Shown: positions 11,528 through 22,477, counted from the stretch's first letter. The stretch: DNA of 61,549 nt from Myxococcota bacterium (GCA_039030295.1 JBCCEK010000005.1:1-61549), one strand, 5' to 3'. Notes: generated from the sequence alone by a model not told the origin. Made by a program: numbers and translations.

Positions 11528-14500
11528 TTGATGAGAGGAGTGCGCGCCCAAGGATTGTGGCTTGGCCTTGTGCTGGTTGTAGCCGGCGTCGCGTGCTCGA
11601 ACGAAAAGGCGCCCGTCGATCGCGTAGGTACCAACGCCGTCGAGAAGCGCTTCTTCCGTGACTCCTCTTGGTACTTCAGCCGGACCGTCATCGACGTCGA
11701 TTACGAAGGAGGCCAGCTCGGTACCTTTCCCGGCGACGCCGCCATCGATTTCCAGGGGGCGGACCTCGCATCGATACCTCGCATTCGCTGGGTCATTGAG
11801 GAAGAGACCCTATTTGCATTCCGCGACTACGAGCTCGTCGAAGGCGCGAACCCTGGCTCACCTCAGCCCGGGGCGACGCTCGGGCAGCCTGTCGCCGCAT
11901 TCGAGATCGAAAAGCACTTCGACATTCGTCGGGCTTACAACGACGCCACTGGCGAAGAGCTCAACATCATCGAAGAGAACGACACCGACCGGCCATGGTT
12001 CGAGCGCGAGTTCATGCGCGTCAATTGGGCGGACAACATTCTACCTGGTTACTACGGCCAGATCACCGAGCTCAATGAGATCGTCGGTACCTACGAGCGG
12101 CAGTCGGCAGATCTGTTCATCCAGGCGGAGTCGGAGTTCCCCGACTCCTGGCAAACTCGCTTTCACTTCATGGCGTGTGACGGGCTCGACGACGAGAGCG
12201 ACAGCTGCAGCGACGATGAGCAGCCCTGGGCGAGCGACTACGAGAAGGACGAGCTCTACGCGTTCGATTTCGTGACTCAGGAGATCCTGGCTCCTGGTGA
12301 AGTCCCCGATCCCCTGCTCGGGTCGGTCAACTTCTGCTTGTCGACCTTCTTCGTCGACTCTCCGATCTGTGCGAGCGTCGCGACATACGTACGCAACAGC
12401 TTTCTTCGGGTGAGCGACGACCGCCAGTACGAACCCGTCAATTGGGTGGACTCACGGTTCGAACGCGCAGGGTACTTTCGCTTGGAGCGACCGACGACCG
12501 ATCGCTCCGATGGGCCTGATGACCCTGCGTTCTTCGAAACCGACTTCCTGAACTACAACGTCAACCGTCATAACATTTGGTACGACTGGTGGGACGAGGA
12601 GGGCGACCCGATTCCGCACGCGGACCGGCGCGTCCGTCCGCTGATCTTCTACACCACACCCGAGCTCCCCGCCCACCTCGTCGGGACGAGTTTTGAGGTG
12701 GCCGCGCGTTGGGACGAGGTGTTCATGCAGACCGTCCGTCGCCTTCAAGGGCGACCCGATGCGGTCTTTCCCGATGTGGCGTGCCAAGACACCGACCCAG
12801 ATCGCTACTGTGCATGCGTCCGCGATCCAGACACCAGTACGGTGCTCAACCCCACGTGCCTAGGCCGCTACGACCCTTTCGAAACGCCCTCAGAAGCTTC
12901 AGCCAGGGGCGTTGAGAACCCGTACGATTGCTACATCAGCGTGCCCGACGGGGCGCAGCCAGATCTGAATCAAGCGGATCTGACCGACGAAGACTTCTAT
13001 GGCTGGTTCGGCGCCTCACAAGTAGGCGCGGAGTGTGTCCTTCAGCTCCGGATCAACACCTGCAACAAGGACAGCATCGCCAACAACGGCGGTACGACCG
13101 AGGGCCTCGTGTGTCAGGAACGAGGTGACTCGCGGTTCAAGTTCCTCAGCTACGTCGACCAGCCCGGAACCGGCTTCTTGGGAATTGCCACCCTTCGCGG
13201 GGATCCGGTCACCGGCGAGATCCTCGTCGGAGACGCCAACATCGGCGGCCCCGCACTCGACGCCTACCGGACGACGGCCCTCCAGATGTACGATCTCGTC
13301 AACGGGGACCTCACCGACGAGGAGTTTCTCACCGGTGAGGATGTTCGTCTCTACCTCGAGAACATTGATCGAGTCCAACTGCCTGCGCGACCTCGAATCG
13401 ACTTCAACGTCGGGCTCGCGCACGGGAGTGCCCTGCCGATCGACGTTGAGGCCATCGACAACCGTATGGCGGCGTTCACGGCACGCGCCGAAGCACTCTC
13501 CGGGCCCCAGGGCCGCGCGGCCACCTACATCGATCGGCGCGCCGAGCTCGTTGGCACCGACATCGAGTATCGCGTCATGCAGAGCTTTGAGACGCTGATG
13601 CTTGCCGGCGTCGAGAAGATCCCCGAGGGCTACGGGCCATCCGATATCGACGATTCGGTGCTCGACGAAGTGTCACCGTTCCGTAAGCCACTCCACGAAC
13701 AGATGCGGCACTTTGCCGACCTCGAAACCGCGGCGTCTCGCAACAACGTGATGATGCCCAACGAGTACGTCGACAACTCGGTTCTCTTCTTCGTCAACCA
13801 GCACAAAGACTGGCCGCGTGCCCGCGTCGAGATCGCGCTCAACCAGCTCCTTTACTTTCACACGCAGCTCCACGAGCTCGGGCATTGCCTTGGGCTCCGC
13901 CACGATTTCGGCGCTTCTGCCGACACCGAGAACTACGACGACGAGTACTACCAGATCACTCGACGCCTTCCTCTTCCAGACCCGGATGACTACGACGACG
14001 ACGGCATCCCGGGACTAAACGCCGATGAACAGCTTGCGTTCGAACGAGCCCTCGATCTCGTTCGGGAAAAGCGCGAGCTTGCCGGCATCGATGCGCACAT
14101 GGACTCGTCGGTCATGGAGTACATCGCGCAGTGGTACGGGCGAACCACCACTGAGGCCGGCCGCTACGACATCGCAGCGGTTAGCTACGGGTACGGCGAC
14201 CTAGTCGAGCTCTACGAGAACGCCGAAGGCCTCGACTTCGAAGATGTCGATCCCACCACGTCGACGCGGGTCTGGGCCAAGTACTACCACGGTGGGGAGG
14301 TCTGCAGTACCGATTCGGACTGCCCGTTCTCAGCTGACGGCCCTCGGCGTTCGGAGCTGACACAGGTCAATCTCGACGCGGGCCTTACCCAGTCCTGCGC
14401 ACCGCACCCGCGAGGCGAGGCGACACATGGGAGTCTCTGCTCGAACTTCGACGACGACGCCGTGAGCCTCGCGGTTGCGAATCCGCAGGCGCCGTTTCTT

Positions 14501-15850
14501 CCGGTCAACTACCGCTTCTGTTCCGATGAGCGCGTCGGGACCTTGGGCTGGTGTCACCGCTTCGACGAAGGCGACAGTTTCCGGGAGGTCGTTCGTAACG
14601 TCGCCGAACAGTACGAACGGCAGTACATCTTCACCAACTTCCGACGGTACCAGAGCGACTTCAGCATCGGCGACTACATCTCGAATCGCCTTGTGGGTCG
14701 GCAGTACTCGATCTTGCAAGCGGTGTTTCGGAATCTCATCTACCGCTACCAGACCGACCCCGAGTTCCGTGACGACGAAGGCAGCTTCGGCTTCTACGAC
14801 CAGTTCATGGCGAGTGCCGACGTGCTCAACTTCTATGCACGTGTCCTCGGTCAACCTGACATCGGGTCGTATCTCTTCGACCCCGTGTCCGGCAACTTCC
14901 GGCGAGCGAGTCCTGTTCCTGGGCTACCCGGCTCCGAACTCGACCTTTCCATCGGTCTTGGTCGGTACTTCTCATCGACCTACCAGCGCGGGCTCACCGG
15001 CATCACGCGGATCGAGCGCATCGGATCGTTCTACGACAAGTGGATCGCGCTGCAGATGCTCACAGACCGCGGTTTCGCGCTCGACTACACGCGCGACGTT
15101 CCGTTTTGGGTAAACTACAACGACCTCTTCCCGATCGAGATGCAACAGATCTTCCAAGGGATGATCCAAGATCAGCCCGAGTCGATCTCGCCCCGCGTGT
15201 CGTGCGATCTTCCTGGGCCGTCTGGATCTTGCGCGGACCCCCGGGTCATCTACATGGACTTCTACCGCGGCGACTGCTCCGCGCCTGAGACTTGCCGCCC
15301 CGACCCTGTGACCGAGACCTATGCGGGCCTCGACGTCGTCGACGGGGGGAGCTCGGTCCTGCTCCAGTACCTGGCCGCGACGTTCGCGTTGTTCGATTTC
15401 CCGACGTTCTTCGACACCACGTTTCAGAATCAGCTCTTCATTTGCGTCGAAGGTGAGGGCGACTGCTTTGCCCCGAGTGACGGTTCGGTCGAGGGGGTCG
15501 ACTTCGTTCGCCACAGCTCGAGCAGGTTCGGGAAGACGTTCTTGGCGTTCCAGATCGAGCCCGTCCAAACGGTGCCCAATCAGCAGTCGATTGGCTTCAA
15601 CATGGTCAAGGAGGCCTCCGAGAACGCCGTTGCGGTCCGGATCCTCGAGCGGATCGCGGATGGCGAGGTGGTTCCGCAGGAAGATCTCGACCGGCTGACA
15701 GGGCTCGACTACCGCATCCCGGCCGACACCGACGAGGCCGCTTCCGACCTGAATGCCCTCGATCGACGCCAACGCAATCTCGAGTCTTTCTTCTTCCAAC
15801 TCATCGACCTCCAGCGCCAGCTCGGGATCGCGGGATACCTGGGGTTCTGA
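11528..15850 (+). CDS. Giant lipoprotein zinc metalloprotease (metzincin), copy 1
   Basis: Signal peptide with lipobox (VAGVA-C); HELGHCLGLRH at ~13871; Met-turn SSVMEY; Cys-rich inserts. Confidence 0.85.
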   Translation: MMRGVRAQGLWLGLVLVVAGVACSNEKAPVDRVGTNAVEKRFFRDSSWYFSRTVIDVDYEGGQLGTFPGDAAIDFQGADLASIPRIRWVIEEETLFAFRDYELVEGANPGSPQPGATLGQPVAAFEIEKHFDIRRAYNDATGEELNIIEENDTDRPWFEREFMRVNWADNILPGYYGQITELNEIVGTYERQSADLFIQAESEFPDSWQTRFHFMACDGLDDESDSCSDDEQPWASDYEKDELYAFDFVTQEILAPGEVPDPLLGSVNFCLSTFFVDSPICASVATYVRNSFLRVSDDRQYEPVNWVDSRFERAGYFRLERPTTDRSDGPDDPAFFETDFLNYNVNRHNIWYDWWDEEGDPIPHADRRVRPLIFYTTPELPAHLVGTSFEVAARWDEVFMQTVRRLQGRPDAVFPDVACQDTDPDRYCACVRDPDTSTVLNPTCLGRYDPFETPSEASARGVENPYDCYISVPDGAQPDLNQADLTDEDFYGWFGASQVGAECVLQLRINTCNKDSIANNGGTTEGLVCQERGDSRFKFLSYVDQPGTGFLGIATLRGDPVTGEILVGDANIGGPALDAYRTTALQMYDLVNGDLTDEEFLTGEDVRLYLENIDRVQLPARPRIDFNVGLAHGSALPIDVEAIDNRMAAFTARAEALSGPQGRAATYIDRRAELVGTDIEYRVMQSFETLMLAGVEKIPEGYGPSDIDDSVLDEVSPFRKPLHEQMRHFADLETAASRNNVMMPNEYVDNSVLFFVNQHKDWPRARVEIALNQLLYFHTQLHELGHCLGLRHDFGASADTENYDDEYYQITRRLPLPDPDDYDDDGIPGLNADEQLAFERALDLVREKRELAGIDAHMDSSVMEYIAQWYGRTTTEAGRYDIAAVSYGYGDLVELYENAEGLDFEDVDPTTSTRVWAKYYHGGEVCSTDSDCPFSADGPRRSELTQVNLDAGLTQSCAPHPRGEATHGSLCSNFDDDAVSLAVANPQAPFLPVNYRFCSDERVGTLGWCHRFDEGDSFREVVRNVAEQYERQYIFTNFRRYQSDFSIGDYISNRLVGRQYSILQAVFRNLIYRYQTDPEFRDDEGSFGFYDQFMASADVLNFYARVLGQPDIGSYLFDPVSGNFRRASPVPGLPGSELDLSIGLGRYFSSTYQRGLTGITRIERIGSFYDKWIALQMLTDRGFALDYTRDVPFWVNYNDLFPIEMQQIFQGMIQDQPESISPRVSCDLPGPSGSCADPRVIYMDFYRGDCSAPETCRPDPVTETYAGLDVVDGGSSVLLQYLAATFALFDFPTFFDTTFQNQLFICVEGEGDCFAPSDGSVEGVDFVRHSSSRFGKTFLAFQIEPVQTVPNQQSIGFNMVKEASENAVAVRILERIADGEVVPQEDLDRLTGLDYRIPADTDEAASDLNALDRRQRNLESFFFQLIDLQRQLGIAGYLGF

Positions 15851-18800
15851 TGATGGCGGGTCGCAGCACATCCATGGTCCCCCTCTTTCTCGTTCTTGCG
15901 GGGCTTGCCGTCAGCGCCATGGGCTGCACCAATGGCGCGGCAACCGCCAACCGGGTCCAGCCCAACCTCGTCGACAAGGACATGTTCGAGGGCGAGTGGT
16001 GGGTGACTCAAACCGTCATCGATGCGAACGCCGAGGCGACGGGGGTCACTTGGACCGGCGACACCGGTTGGGATCTCAGCCTCGACACAGGTGAATCCGG
16101 GTCGCTCGGACGGATCCGGTGGGTGATCGACGAAGACTTCTTGTTTGCGTTTCGCTCATATGAGCTCGTGGCCGGGTCGAACCCCGATGGCACTGATGAG
16201 AACTTCCGGGGCCAGCCCCTCGCGGCGTTCGAGATCATCGACCACGTCGACGTTCGACCTCAGTACAACGAGGTGACCGGGGAAACCCGCAACGTCATCG
16301 AGGAGAACACCGAAGACCGGCGTTGGTTCGAGCGGGAGTTCATGCGCGTCGACTGGTCCGAGAATCAGGTCAAGTCGTTCTTCTTCCCAGCCGAGCTAGC
16401 CGCGCTCGGCGGATGGACGATGGAGCCCGGGGCGTTCTTCATCCAGGATGGGAGCTCGCACTGCACCGGCGAAGCAGAGGCCGAGGCGTGCGATTTCCCC
16501 AAGTCTTGGGAACCCCAGTTCGTCACGGTGGGCGAAGACCCAAGCTATCGGTTCGCCGCCGACTGGCCCGAAGGCTCCGAAGACACGACTCACTACATGA
16601 GTTTCGTCACCTTCGCGTCGATGTCGCCTGGCGAGCTGTGCATCACAACGGGTGGCGCGTCCTGCCAGAGTCTGTCCGTGCCTTCGAGGCTCGCCTTTTT
16701 GCGCGTTCCGCCGAACCACGAGTACGCCGCTGCCAGACAGAGCCACGAGGAGTTCGACGCGTTTGGTGTCTTCCGCACCGAGCAGCGTACGTACATTGGC
16801 TCGAACAATCAGGACAACGCCCAGCGCTGTGACCGCGATGAAGACTGCGGCATCGGCGGTTTCTGCAGCCCCGAGACCCGCGTCTGCACCGGCGGCCTCG
16901 GCGAAGATTTTGGCGAAACGGACGCGTTGGCTTTCCTGCGCCCTCGTCACAACTTCTTCGTCGACTCCTTGACGGATCGGGCTTGTCGCGCCGACTGGGA
17001 ATGCGACGGACGATTTGACGGGGGCGGCCGAGTCGGGGGGTCGACCTGCGACCGCCGAGCCCGCGCCTGTACCATCCCGATGCGTGACCGAACCCTGCGA
17101 ACCCTGTCGGACGGTCCAGGTGCCGTGGCGTTCTACCTCAACGAAGGGTTCCCGAAGCACCTCGTCCACCCGGCCATGGAGGTCATGGGCGACTGGAACG
17201 AGGTCTTCATGCGTGGGTGGCGCGCGACGCGCGGGGTCGCACTCCCCGACTACGCTTCGGCCCGAGTCGACTGTCAGACCACCGACCCGACTCGCTACTG
17301 TTTCTGCGGATCACCAGACGACGTCGGAGGGACATGCCAAGGCCGATACGATGCGTTCACCGCGCCCGAAGAATGGGCGGACCGGGGCGTGGCCAATCCC
17401 TACGACTGCTACGTCGCGAACACCGAGTTCGGCGAGCCCGAGTCGCCCACCTCTTTCGACGACTACCCCCTGCCGCAGGCCTACCGTTACGCGTTTGTAG
17501 GCGACGAGTGCATGTTCGTTCTTCGGACCAACAGCTGCGATTGGCACCGAACCGACTCGGGTCAGGTCTGCGACGAAGTGTTGGACTCCGATGGAGAACC
17601 GGTCGTTTGGCAGCAGCTCGGCGACCTGCGCTATCAGTTCTTCAACTACATCGACCAGGTCAACACGCCCTTTGGGGGCGTATCGACGCCCCTTGCGGAC
17701 CCCACGACCGGCGAGCTGATCACCGCGAACGCGAACTTTGCGGCGGGTAGCGTCGAGCGGCATGCCACAATCGCGCTCGAGTTCTTCCCAGTGCTTCGCT
17801 GCGCCAACGACGCGCTCGGTTGTGACGCCGGCGACGAGGCGGCCGCTGAACGGTACCTGAGCGGAGAGAACCTTCGCGAGTACTTCTCGAACCTCGGCCG
17901 GACGGAGCACCCCGCCGGGCTCGCTGCCTCCGGATCCGACGGCTTCAGTGTCGACGACACGAGCCGCCCTGCCCTTCCGGTCAACGTCAACAGCGCACTT
18001 CGAGACGTGATCGAACGCAAACAGGATCGTATCGAACGCTTGCGGGGCGCGGAGGGCCGCGCCCAGATCCTCAGTGATCGCATGCGACGGCTCGAAGGTA
18101 CGTCGATCGAGCGGCAGCTGATGGGGTCTCTCGGCGTTGACGGCAACGAGGCCTTGACCCGGCACTTCGATCACGGGCAAGCCTACGTGTTTGGGCTGAG
18201 CCCTGACATCAGCATCTACGACGACTCGGTTCTCGATCAGGTATCGCCCTTCCGAGGCCAAGGCTTCGCGCGTTCGCTCCGGACGGGCGATGACGGCGAC
18301 GACCAGCTCTCAGCGCACAACATCTGTTTCAGCAACCAGAGCTTCTTCCGCAGGCGGTACATGGAGTATTGGGCCGAGGCATTCCGGGGGCGGCCACCGG
18401 CCGAAGCTTCGATCCGAATGCAGCAGCTCTACACCCGGCAAGTCCAGTACCACGAGGTGGGTCACTCGGTGGGCCTGCGTCACAACTTCGGCGCCAGCCT
18501 CGACCGTGACAACTACGGCAACGGATACTTCAACTTGGTGTTCGGCGAGGCTTCGGTCAGCGAGTCGGAGCTCCCGCTTCCGAGGATGGAGGACTACGAC
18601 CTCGACGACGATGGTTTCGTTGCTGGGTCCGAGTTCGATCAGTACCTCGAAGAGCTTCGAGCGACGCGCAACGAGCGCGCGAGGCTCGGAGCGCACAACT
18701 ACATGTCGAGCTCGACGATGGACTATTCCGGCGACATGTCGGATTCCCAGGGTCTTGGCCGTTACGACGTCGCCGCGACCATCTGGAACCACTTCGACCA

Positions 18801-20478
18801 GAAGGAGGTCTACACCGCCTCCGAGCGCGACGTCGAGACCGACGACAACGGGCCGTTTCAAGGTCTAAAGCGTTCTCACACGACAGGCCGTACTTGGTGG
18901 CAGTCGTACCTCGGAGGCGAGAGCTGCCAGGCCGATGCCGAGTGCCCCTACGCGCGTGAGTCTGGCGCCATCCCGACCAGCCAGCCCGTCCACCAGCGTT
19001 GCGTCCAGAACCCCCGGAACGTCTTTCCGCAACAGGGTTGTTCGGGACAAAGCGACTGTGTCTGCTCCAACTTCGACGAAGACGTCAAAGACTATTCCGA
19101 CCTCGCCGCGTACCCCGAAGCAGGCGTCGACCGAAACTTCGCCCCGGTCCAGTACCTGTTCTGCCCCGACGAACGTACCAACGACATTTCCTGGTGCACA
19201 CGCTTTGACGCCGGGGAGAGCTTTCGGGAAGTCATCGACCACTACCGACGGTCTTGGGAGGAGCTCTACCCCAGCAACTACTACCGCCGGTTCCTGCGCG
19301 GTGGTGCGCGGGGTGGGACGTCGCAACGGATGGTGTCGGATGCGGCGAAGATCTACCAGCATCTGTTCTTCCGCCTGAACTTCGAACCGGGGTTTGCCCT
19401 CAACACGGGGCCCCTCGGGTTTGACGACCAGTTCCTCGCCTCGGTCGACGCGATGAACTGGTTCATCGAGATCGTGAACCTTCCGGACGAGGGTTCGTAC
19501 GCGTTCGACGCGACCGAGAACCGGTACCGGTTCATGGGAGAGCAGGTTGATCTCCCCGGCTCCGATCTGAGCCTCCTTCCGGGGCAGGGGTACGGGATGT
19601 GGACCAAGTACCAGGATGGCTACTTCGGATTCTTCAGGCCGGAGCGAAGCGGGGTCTTCTTCGACAAGTTTTATGCTCTGCGTGCGTTGGCCATCCGGGA
19701 CTGGGGACTCAGCTTCACCGTCGACGAACGTTACTTCATCAACTTCTACGACCTCTTCCAGACCGAGATGACCGAGTTCTTTGGAGGCGTCATTCTCCAA
19801 GACGAATCTTGGTTCGCCCCTAGGCTTCGCATGGAAAACGGCGAACCGGTCGTGCAGCACATGAGCTGGTATCGCGGCACCGCGCTAGGCGAGTGCTTCG
19901 AGGACAACACCGTCGTTCCCTGCCGCGGCAGCCAGCGCCAGGTGTATCCGGGCGCGTCCATCGAGGGCACGACCAACGAAGTACTCCGAAGCTGGGCGGC
20001 GATTCTCGCTCTTGCCCAGTTCCCCGTCTACTACGACACCAGCTTCGAGCAGCGGCTCTTGGTGTTCAAGGCGGGCAGTGGCTCTGGGTTCAGCATCCCC
20101 GACATTCAGCCCGATGGCTCACCGACCTGTGTCTACGGGAGCGACGGGCTCGGGGCAGGGCACTTCGTCGTCGACCCGGATGTCCCCAACGGCTGCGACG
20201 ATGCCGAGGACGCCGACTACGTCGTCTTCGAGTCGAGTAGGTTTCGAACACCGTACGTGGCGGTCAAGATTCGACCCAACCTCGAACTGAACCTCGAGGA
20301 GGAGCAAGTCGGCTTCCAGCTCCTCAAGCGCCTGGTCGATCTCCAAGACGAGCTTGAAGGTTTGGCGCCCGGCGAGCCCGGCGTCTTCGACAAACAACAG
20401 GAGCTTCAGCGCGGCGAGTCTTTCCTCGAATACCTGATCGAGCTCCAAACGGCGTACGGAATCAGCAACTTCTTCTGA
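15850..20478 (+). CDS. Giant lipoprotein zinc metalloprotease (metzincin), copy 2
   Basis: Lipobox (SAMG-C); HEVGHSVGLRH at ~18451; Met-turn SSTMDY. Collinear blocks shared with copy 1 (RIRWVI-E--LFAFR-YELV, WFEREFMRV-W, Y-FC-DER, WC-RFD-G-SFRE). Confidence 0.85.
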   Translation: MMAGRSTSMVPLFLVLAGLAVSAMGCTNGAATANRVQPNLVDKDMFEGEWWVTQTVIDANAEATGVTWTGDTGWDLSLDTGESGSLGRIRWVIDEDFLFAFRSYELVAGSNPDGTDENFRGQPLAAFEIIDHVDVRPQYNEVTGETRNVIEENTEDRRWFEREFMRVDWSENQVKSFFFPAELAALGGWTMEPGAFFIQDGSSHCTGEAEAEACDFPKSWEPQFVTVGEDPSYRFAADWPEGSEDTTHYMSFVTFASMSPGELCITTGGASCQSLSVPSRLAFLRVPPNHEYAAARQSHEEFDAFGVFRTEQRTYIGSNNQDNAQRCDRDEDCGIGGFCSPETRVCTGGLGEDFGETDALAFLRPRHNFFVDSLTDRACRADWECDGRFDGGGRVGGSTCDRRARACTIPMRDRTLRTLSDGPGAVAFYLNEGFPKHLVHPAMEVMGDWNEVFMRGWRATRGVALPDYASARVDCQTTDPTRYCFCGSPDDVGGTCQGRYDAFTAPEEWADRGVANPYDCYVANTEFGEPESPTSFDDYPLPQAYRYAFVGDECMFVLRTNSCDWHRTDSGQVCDEVLDSDGEPVVWQQLGDLRYQFFNYIDQVNTPFGGVSTPLADPTTGELITANANFAAGSVERHATIALEFFPVLRCANDALGCDAGDEAAAERYLSGENLREYFSNLGRTEHPAGLAASGSDGFSVDDTSRPALPVNVNSALRDVIERKQDRIERLRGAEGRAQILSDRMRRLEGTSIERQLMGSLGVDGNEALTRHFDHGQAYVFGLSPDISIYDDSVLDQVSPFRGQGFARSLRTGDDGDDQLSAHNICFSNQSFFRRRYMEYWAEAFRGRPPAEASIRMQQLYTRQVQYHEVGHSVGLRHNFGASLDRDNYGNGYFNLVFGEASVSESELPLPRMEDYDLDDDGFVAGSEFDQYLEELRATRNERARLGAHNYMSSSTMDYSGDMSDSQGLGRYDVAATIWNHFDQKEVYTASERDVETDDNGPFQGLKRSHTTGRTWWQSYLGGESCQADAECPYARESGAIPTSQPVHQRCVQNPRNVFPQQGCSGQSDCVCSNFDEDVKDYSDLAAYPEAGVDRNFAPVQYLFCPDERTNDISWCTRFDAGESFREVIDHYRRSWEELYPSNYYRRFLRGGARGGTSQRMVSDAAKIYQHLFFRLNFEPGFALNTGPLGFDDQFLASVDAMNWFIEIVNLPDEGSYAFDATENRYRFMGEQVDLPGSDLSLLPGQGYGMWTKYQDGYFGFFRPERSGVFFDKFYALRALAIRDWGLSFTVDERYFINFYDLFQTEMTEFFGGVILQDESWFAPRLRMENGEPVVQHMSWYRGTALGECFEDNTVVPCRGSQRQVYPGASIEGTTNEVLRSWAAILALAQFPVYYDTSFEQRLLVFKAGSGSGFSIPDIQPDGSPTCVYGSDGLGAGHFVVDPDVPNGCDDAEDADYVVFESSRFRTPYVAVKIRPNLELNLEEEQVGFQLLKRLVDLQDELEGLAPGEPGVFDKQQELQRGESFLEYLIELQTAYGISNFF

Positions 20479-21494
20479 TGGCACCCGAAAGGGGTTCCTG
20501 TAAGCTAGCCCCCGTGGGGAAACCTGTGCCGGACGAGGACCACCTTCTCAAGCAGTACCGGTCCATGAGGACCATTCGTCGTTTCGAAGAGGAGGCGGCG
20601 CGAAACTACGCGAAGGGCCACATCGGCGGCTTCCTCCATTTGTACATCGGTCAGGAAGCGATCGCGGTCGGCGCAGTTGACGCCCTTCAGCCGCAAGACT
20701 ACATCTTTCAGACCTACCGAGACCACGGGATCGCGCTCGCCCGCGGAATGACCCCCGAGTCGGCGATGGCCGAGCTCTTCGGCAAGGATGCCGGCTGCTC
20801 GCGCGGGATGGGTGGCTCGATGCACATGTTCGACGTCGAGCGGAACTTTCTGGGAGGTTGGGCAATCGTCGGCGGCCACCTGGCGCTAGCTGCGGGGACT
20901 GCGTTCAAGGCCAAGTACAACCAAGAGGACCGGGTCACGATCTGCTTCTTTGGCGAAGGGTCGACCAACATCGGTGGGTTTCACGAAGCCATGAGCCTCG
21001 CCGGCTTGTGGAAGCTCCCAATCGTGTTCGTGTGTGAGAACAACCAGTACGCCATGGGGACCCCACTCGAACGAACGAGCGCGCTCGATGACCTTTCGAT
21101 CAAGGCCAAGGGCTACGCCATGGTGGGCGATCGGTTCGAGGGTCACGACGTGACGCTCATCGAAGAACGCCTTGGCGAAGCGGTCGACCGCGCCCGTCGC
21201 GGGGATGGCCCCACATTCGTCGAGATTCTCACCTATCGTTTTCGCGGCCACTCCATGAGCGATCCTGCCAAGTATCGAACCCGCACCGAGCTCGAGCAGA
21301 AGAAGCAGCTCGACCCGCTCCAAGTCACCCACGCTCAGCTGATCGAACTCGGGGTCGCCGAGAGCCAACTCGACGACCTCGATCTCGAGATCGACGAGCT
21401 GATCGATGCCGCGGTCAAGTTCGCCGAAGAAGCCGAGCCAGCGCGCGAAGAGGTCATGCTCGGAACGGTCTATGCGCCGGAGGACGACGCATGA
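20478..21494 (+). CDS. pdhA: Pyruvate dehydrogenase E1 alpha subunit
   Basis: GFLHLYIGQEA, GGSMH, TPP-binding GEGS...NNQY, TYRFRGHSMSDP. True start may be GTG 20514 or 20526. Confidence 0.95.
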   Translation: MAPERGSCKLAPVGKPVPDEDHLLKQYRSMRTIRRFEEEAARNYAKGHIGGFLHLYIGQEAIAVGAVDALQPQDYIFQTYRDHGIALARGMTPESAMAELFGKDAGCSRGMGGSMHMFDVERNFLGGWAIVGGHLALAAGTAFKAKYNQEDRVTICFFGEGSTNIGGFHEAMSLAGLWKLPIVFVCENNQYAMGTPLERTSALDDLSIKAKGYAMVGDRFEGHDVTLIEERLGEAVDRARRGDGPTFVEILTYRFRGHSMSDPAKYRTRTELEQKKQLDPLQVTHAQLIELGVAESQLDDLDLEIDELIDAAVKFAEEAEPAREEVMLGTVYAPEDDA

Positions 21495-22477
21495 GAGAGA
21501 TTCGTTATCGAGAAGCCCTCCGCGAGGCCATGCTCGAAGAGATGGATCGCGACGAGACCGTGTTCCTCATGGGCGAGGAGGTCGGCCACTACCAGGGTGC
21601 GTACAAGGTCTCGGAAGGGCTCCTCGACAGGTTCGGCGAGCGCAGGGTCATCGATACGCCGATCGCCGAGGCGGGCTTTGCGGGTGTCGGCATCGGTGCG
21701 GCGATGGTTGGTCTCCGCCCGATCATCGAGTTCATGACTTGGAACTTCTCTTTCGTCGCCTTCGATCAGATCATCAGCAACGCGGCGAAGATTCACCAGA
21801 TGAGCGCGGGCGCGCTGCGAGTGCCGATCGTGTTTCGAGGTCCGAACGGCGCGGCGCGACAAGTAGCCTCCCAGCACAGCCATGCAGTCGCCCCCTTCTA
21901 CGCAGGGGTGCCAGGGCTCTACGTCTGTCAGCCGAGCACGCCACGCGATGCCAAGGGCCTGCTCAAGACAGCGATCCGCAGCAACAACCCTGTGGTGTTC
22001 CTCGAGGGTGAGACCCTCTACGGTCTCAAGGGCGAAGTTCCCGACGAAGGCGTCGAGGAACTGATCCCGTTCGGCGTGAGCAAGGTCGCGCGTGTCGGGA
22101 GCGATTGCACCATCGTCACTTGGGGCCGTCCCTATCACGTCGCGATGGCCGCCGCCGATGCGCTAGCGAAGGACGGGATCGAGTGCGAGGTCATCGACCC
22201 GCGGACACTTCGGCCGTTGGACCTCGAACCCGTCATCGCCAGTGTGGCGAAGACCAACCGCTGCGTAGTCGTTCACGAGCATTGGCCGTACGGCGGGCCC
22301 GGTGCGGAGATCGTCGACCAGGTCCAGCGCCGTGCGTTCGACCATCTCGATGCGCCCGTCGAACGGGTGTCTGGGCTCGACGTACCGATGCCCTACGCCC
22401 TCAACCTAGAAGAGTACGTGCTCCCCACCGAGGAGCGGGTCATCGACGCGGTCAAGCGCGTCAGTTACGCGAAGTAG
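21491..22477 (+). CDS. pdhB: Pyruvate dehydrogenase E1 beta subunit
   Basis: MGEEVG, GAYKVSEGL, DTPIAE, EFMTWNF, VFRGPNG, QHS; ATGA overlap with pdhA. Confidence 0.95.
   Translation: MREIRYREALREAMLEEMDRDETVFLMGEEVGHYQGAYKVSEGLLDRFGERRVIDTPIAEAGFAGVGIGAAMVGLRPIIEFMTWNFSFVAFDQIISNAAKIHQMSAGALRVPIVFRGPNGAARQVASQHSHAVAPFYAGVPGLYVCQPSTPRDAKGLLKTAIRSNNPVVFLEGETLYGLKGEVPDEGVEELIPFGVSKVARVGSDCTIVTWGRPYHVAMAAADALAKDGIECEVIDPRTLRPLDLEPVIASVAKTNRCVVVHEHWPYGGPGAEIVDQVQRRAFDHLDAPVERVSGLDVPMPYALNLEEYVLPTEERVIDAVKRVSYAK

Noticed and set aside
20476-20480. TGATG overlap suggesting the protease pair is translationally coupled to pdhA
   Set aside because: The first ~12-16 codons of the long pdhA ORF do not look PdhA-like and downstream GTG starts (20514, 20526) exist, so the coupling is unsupported.
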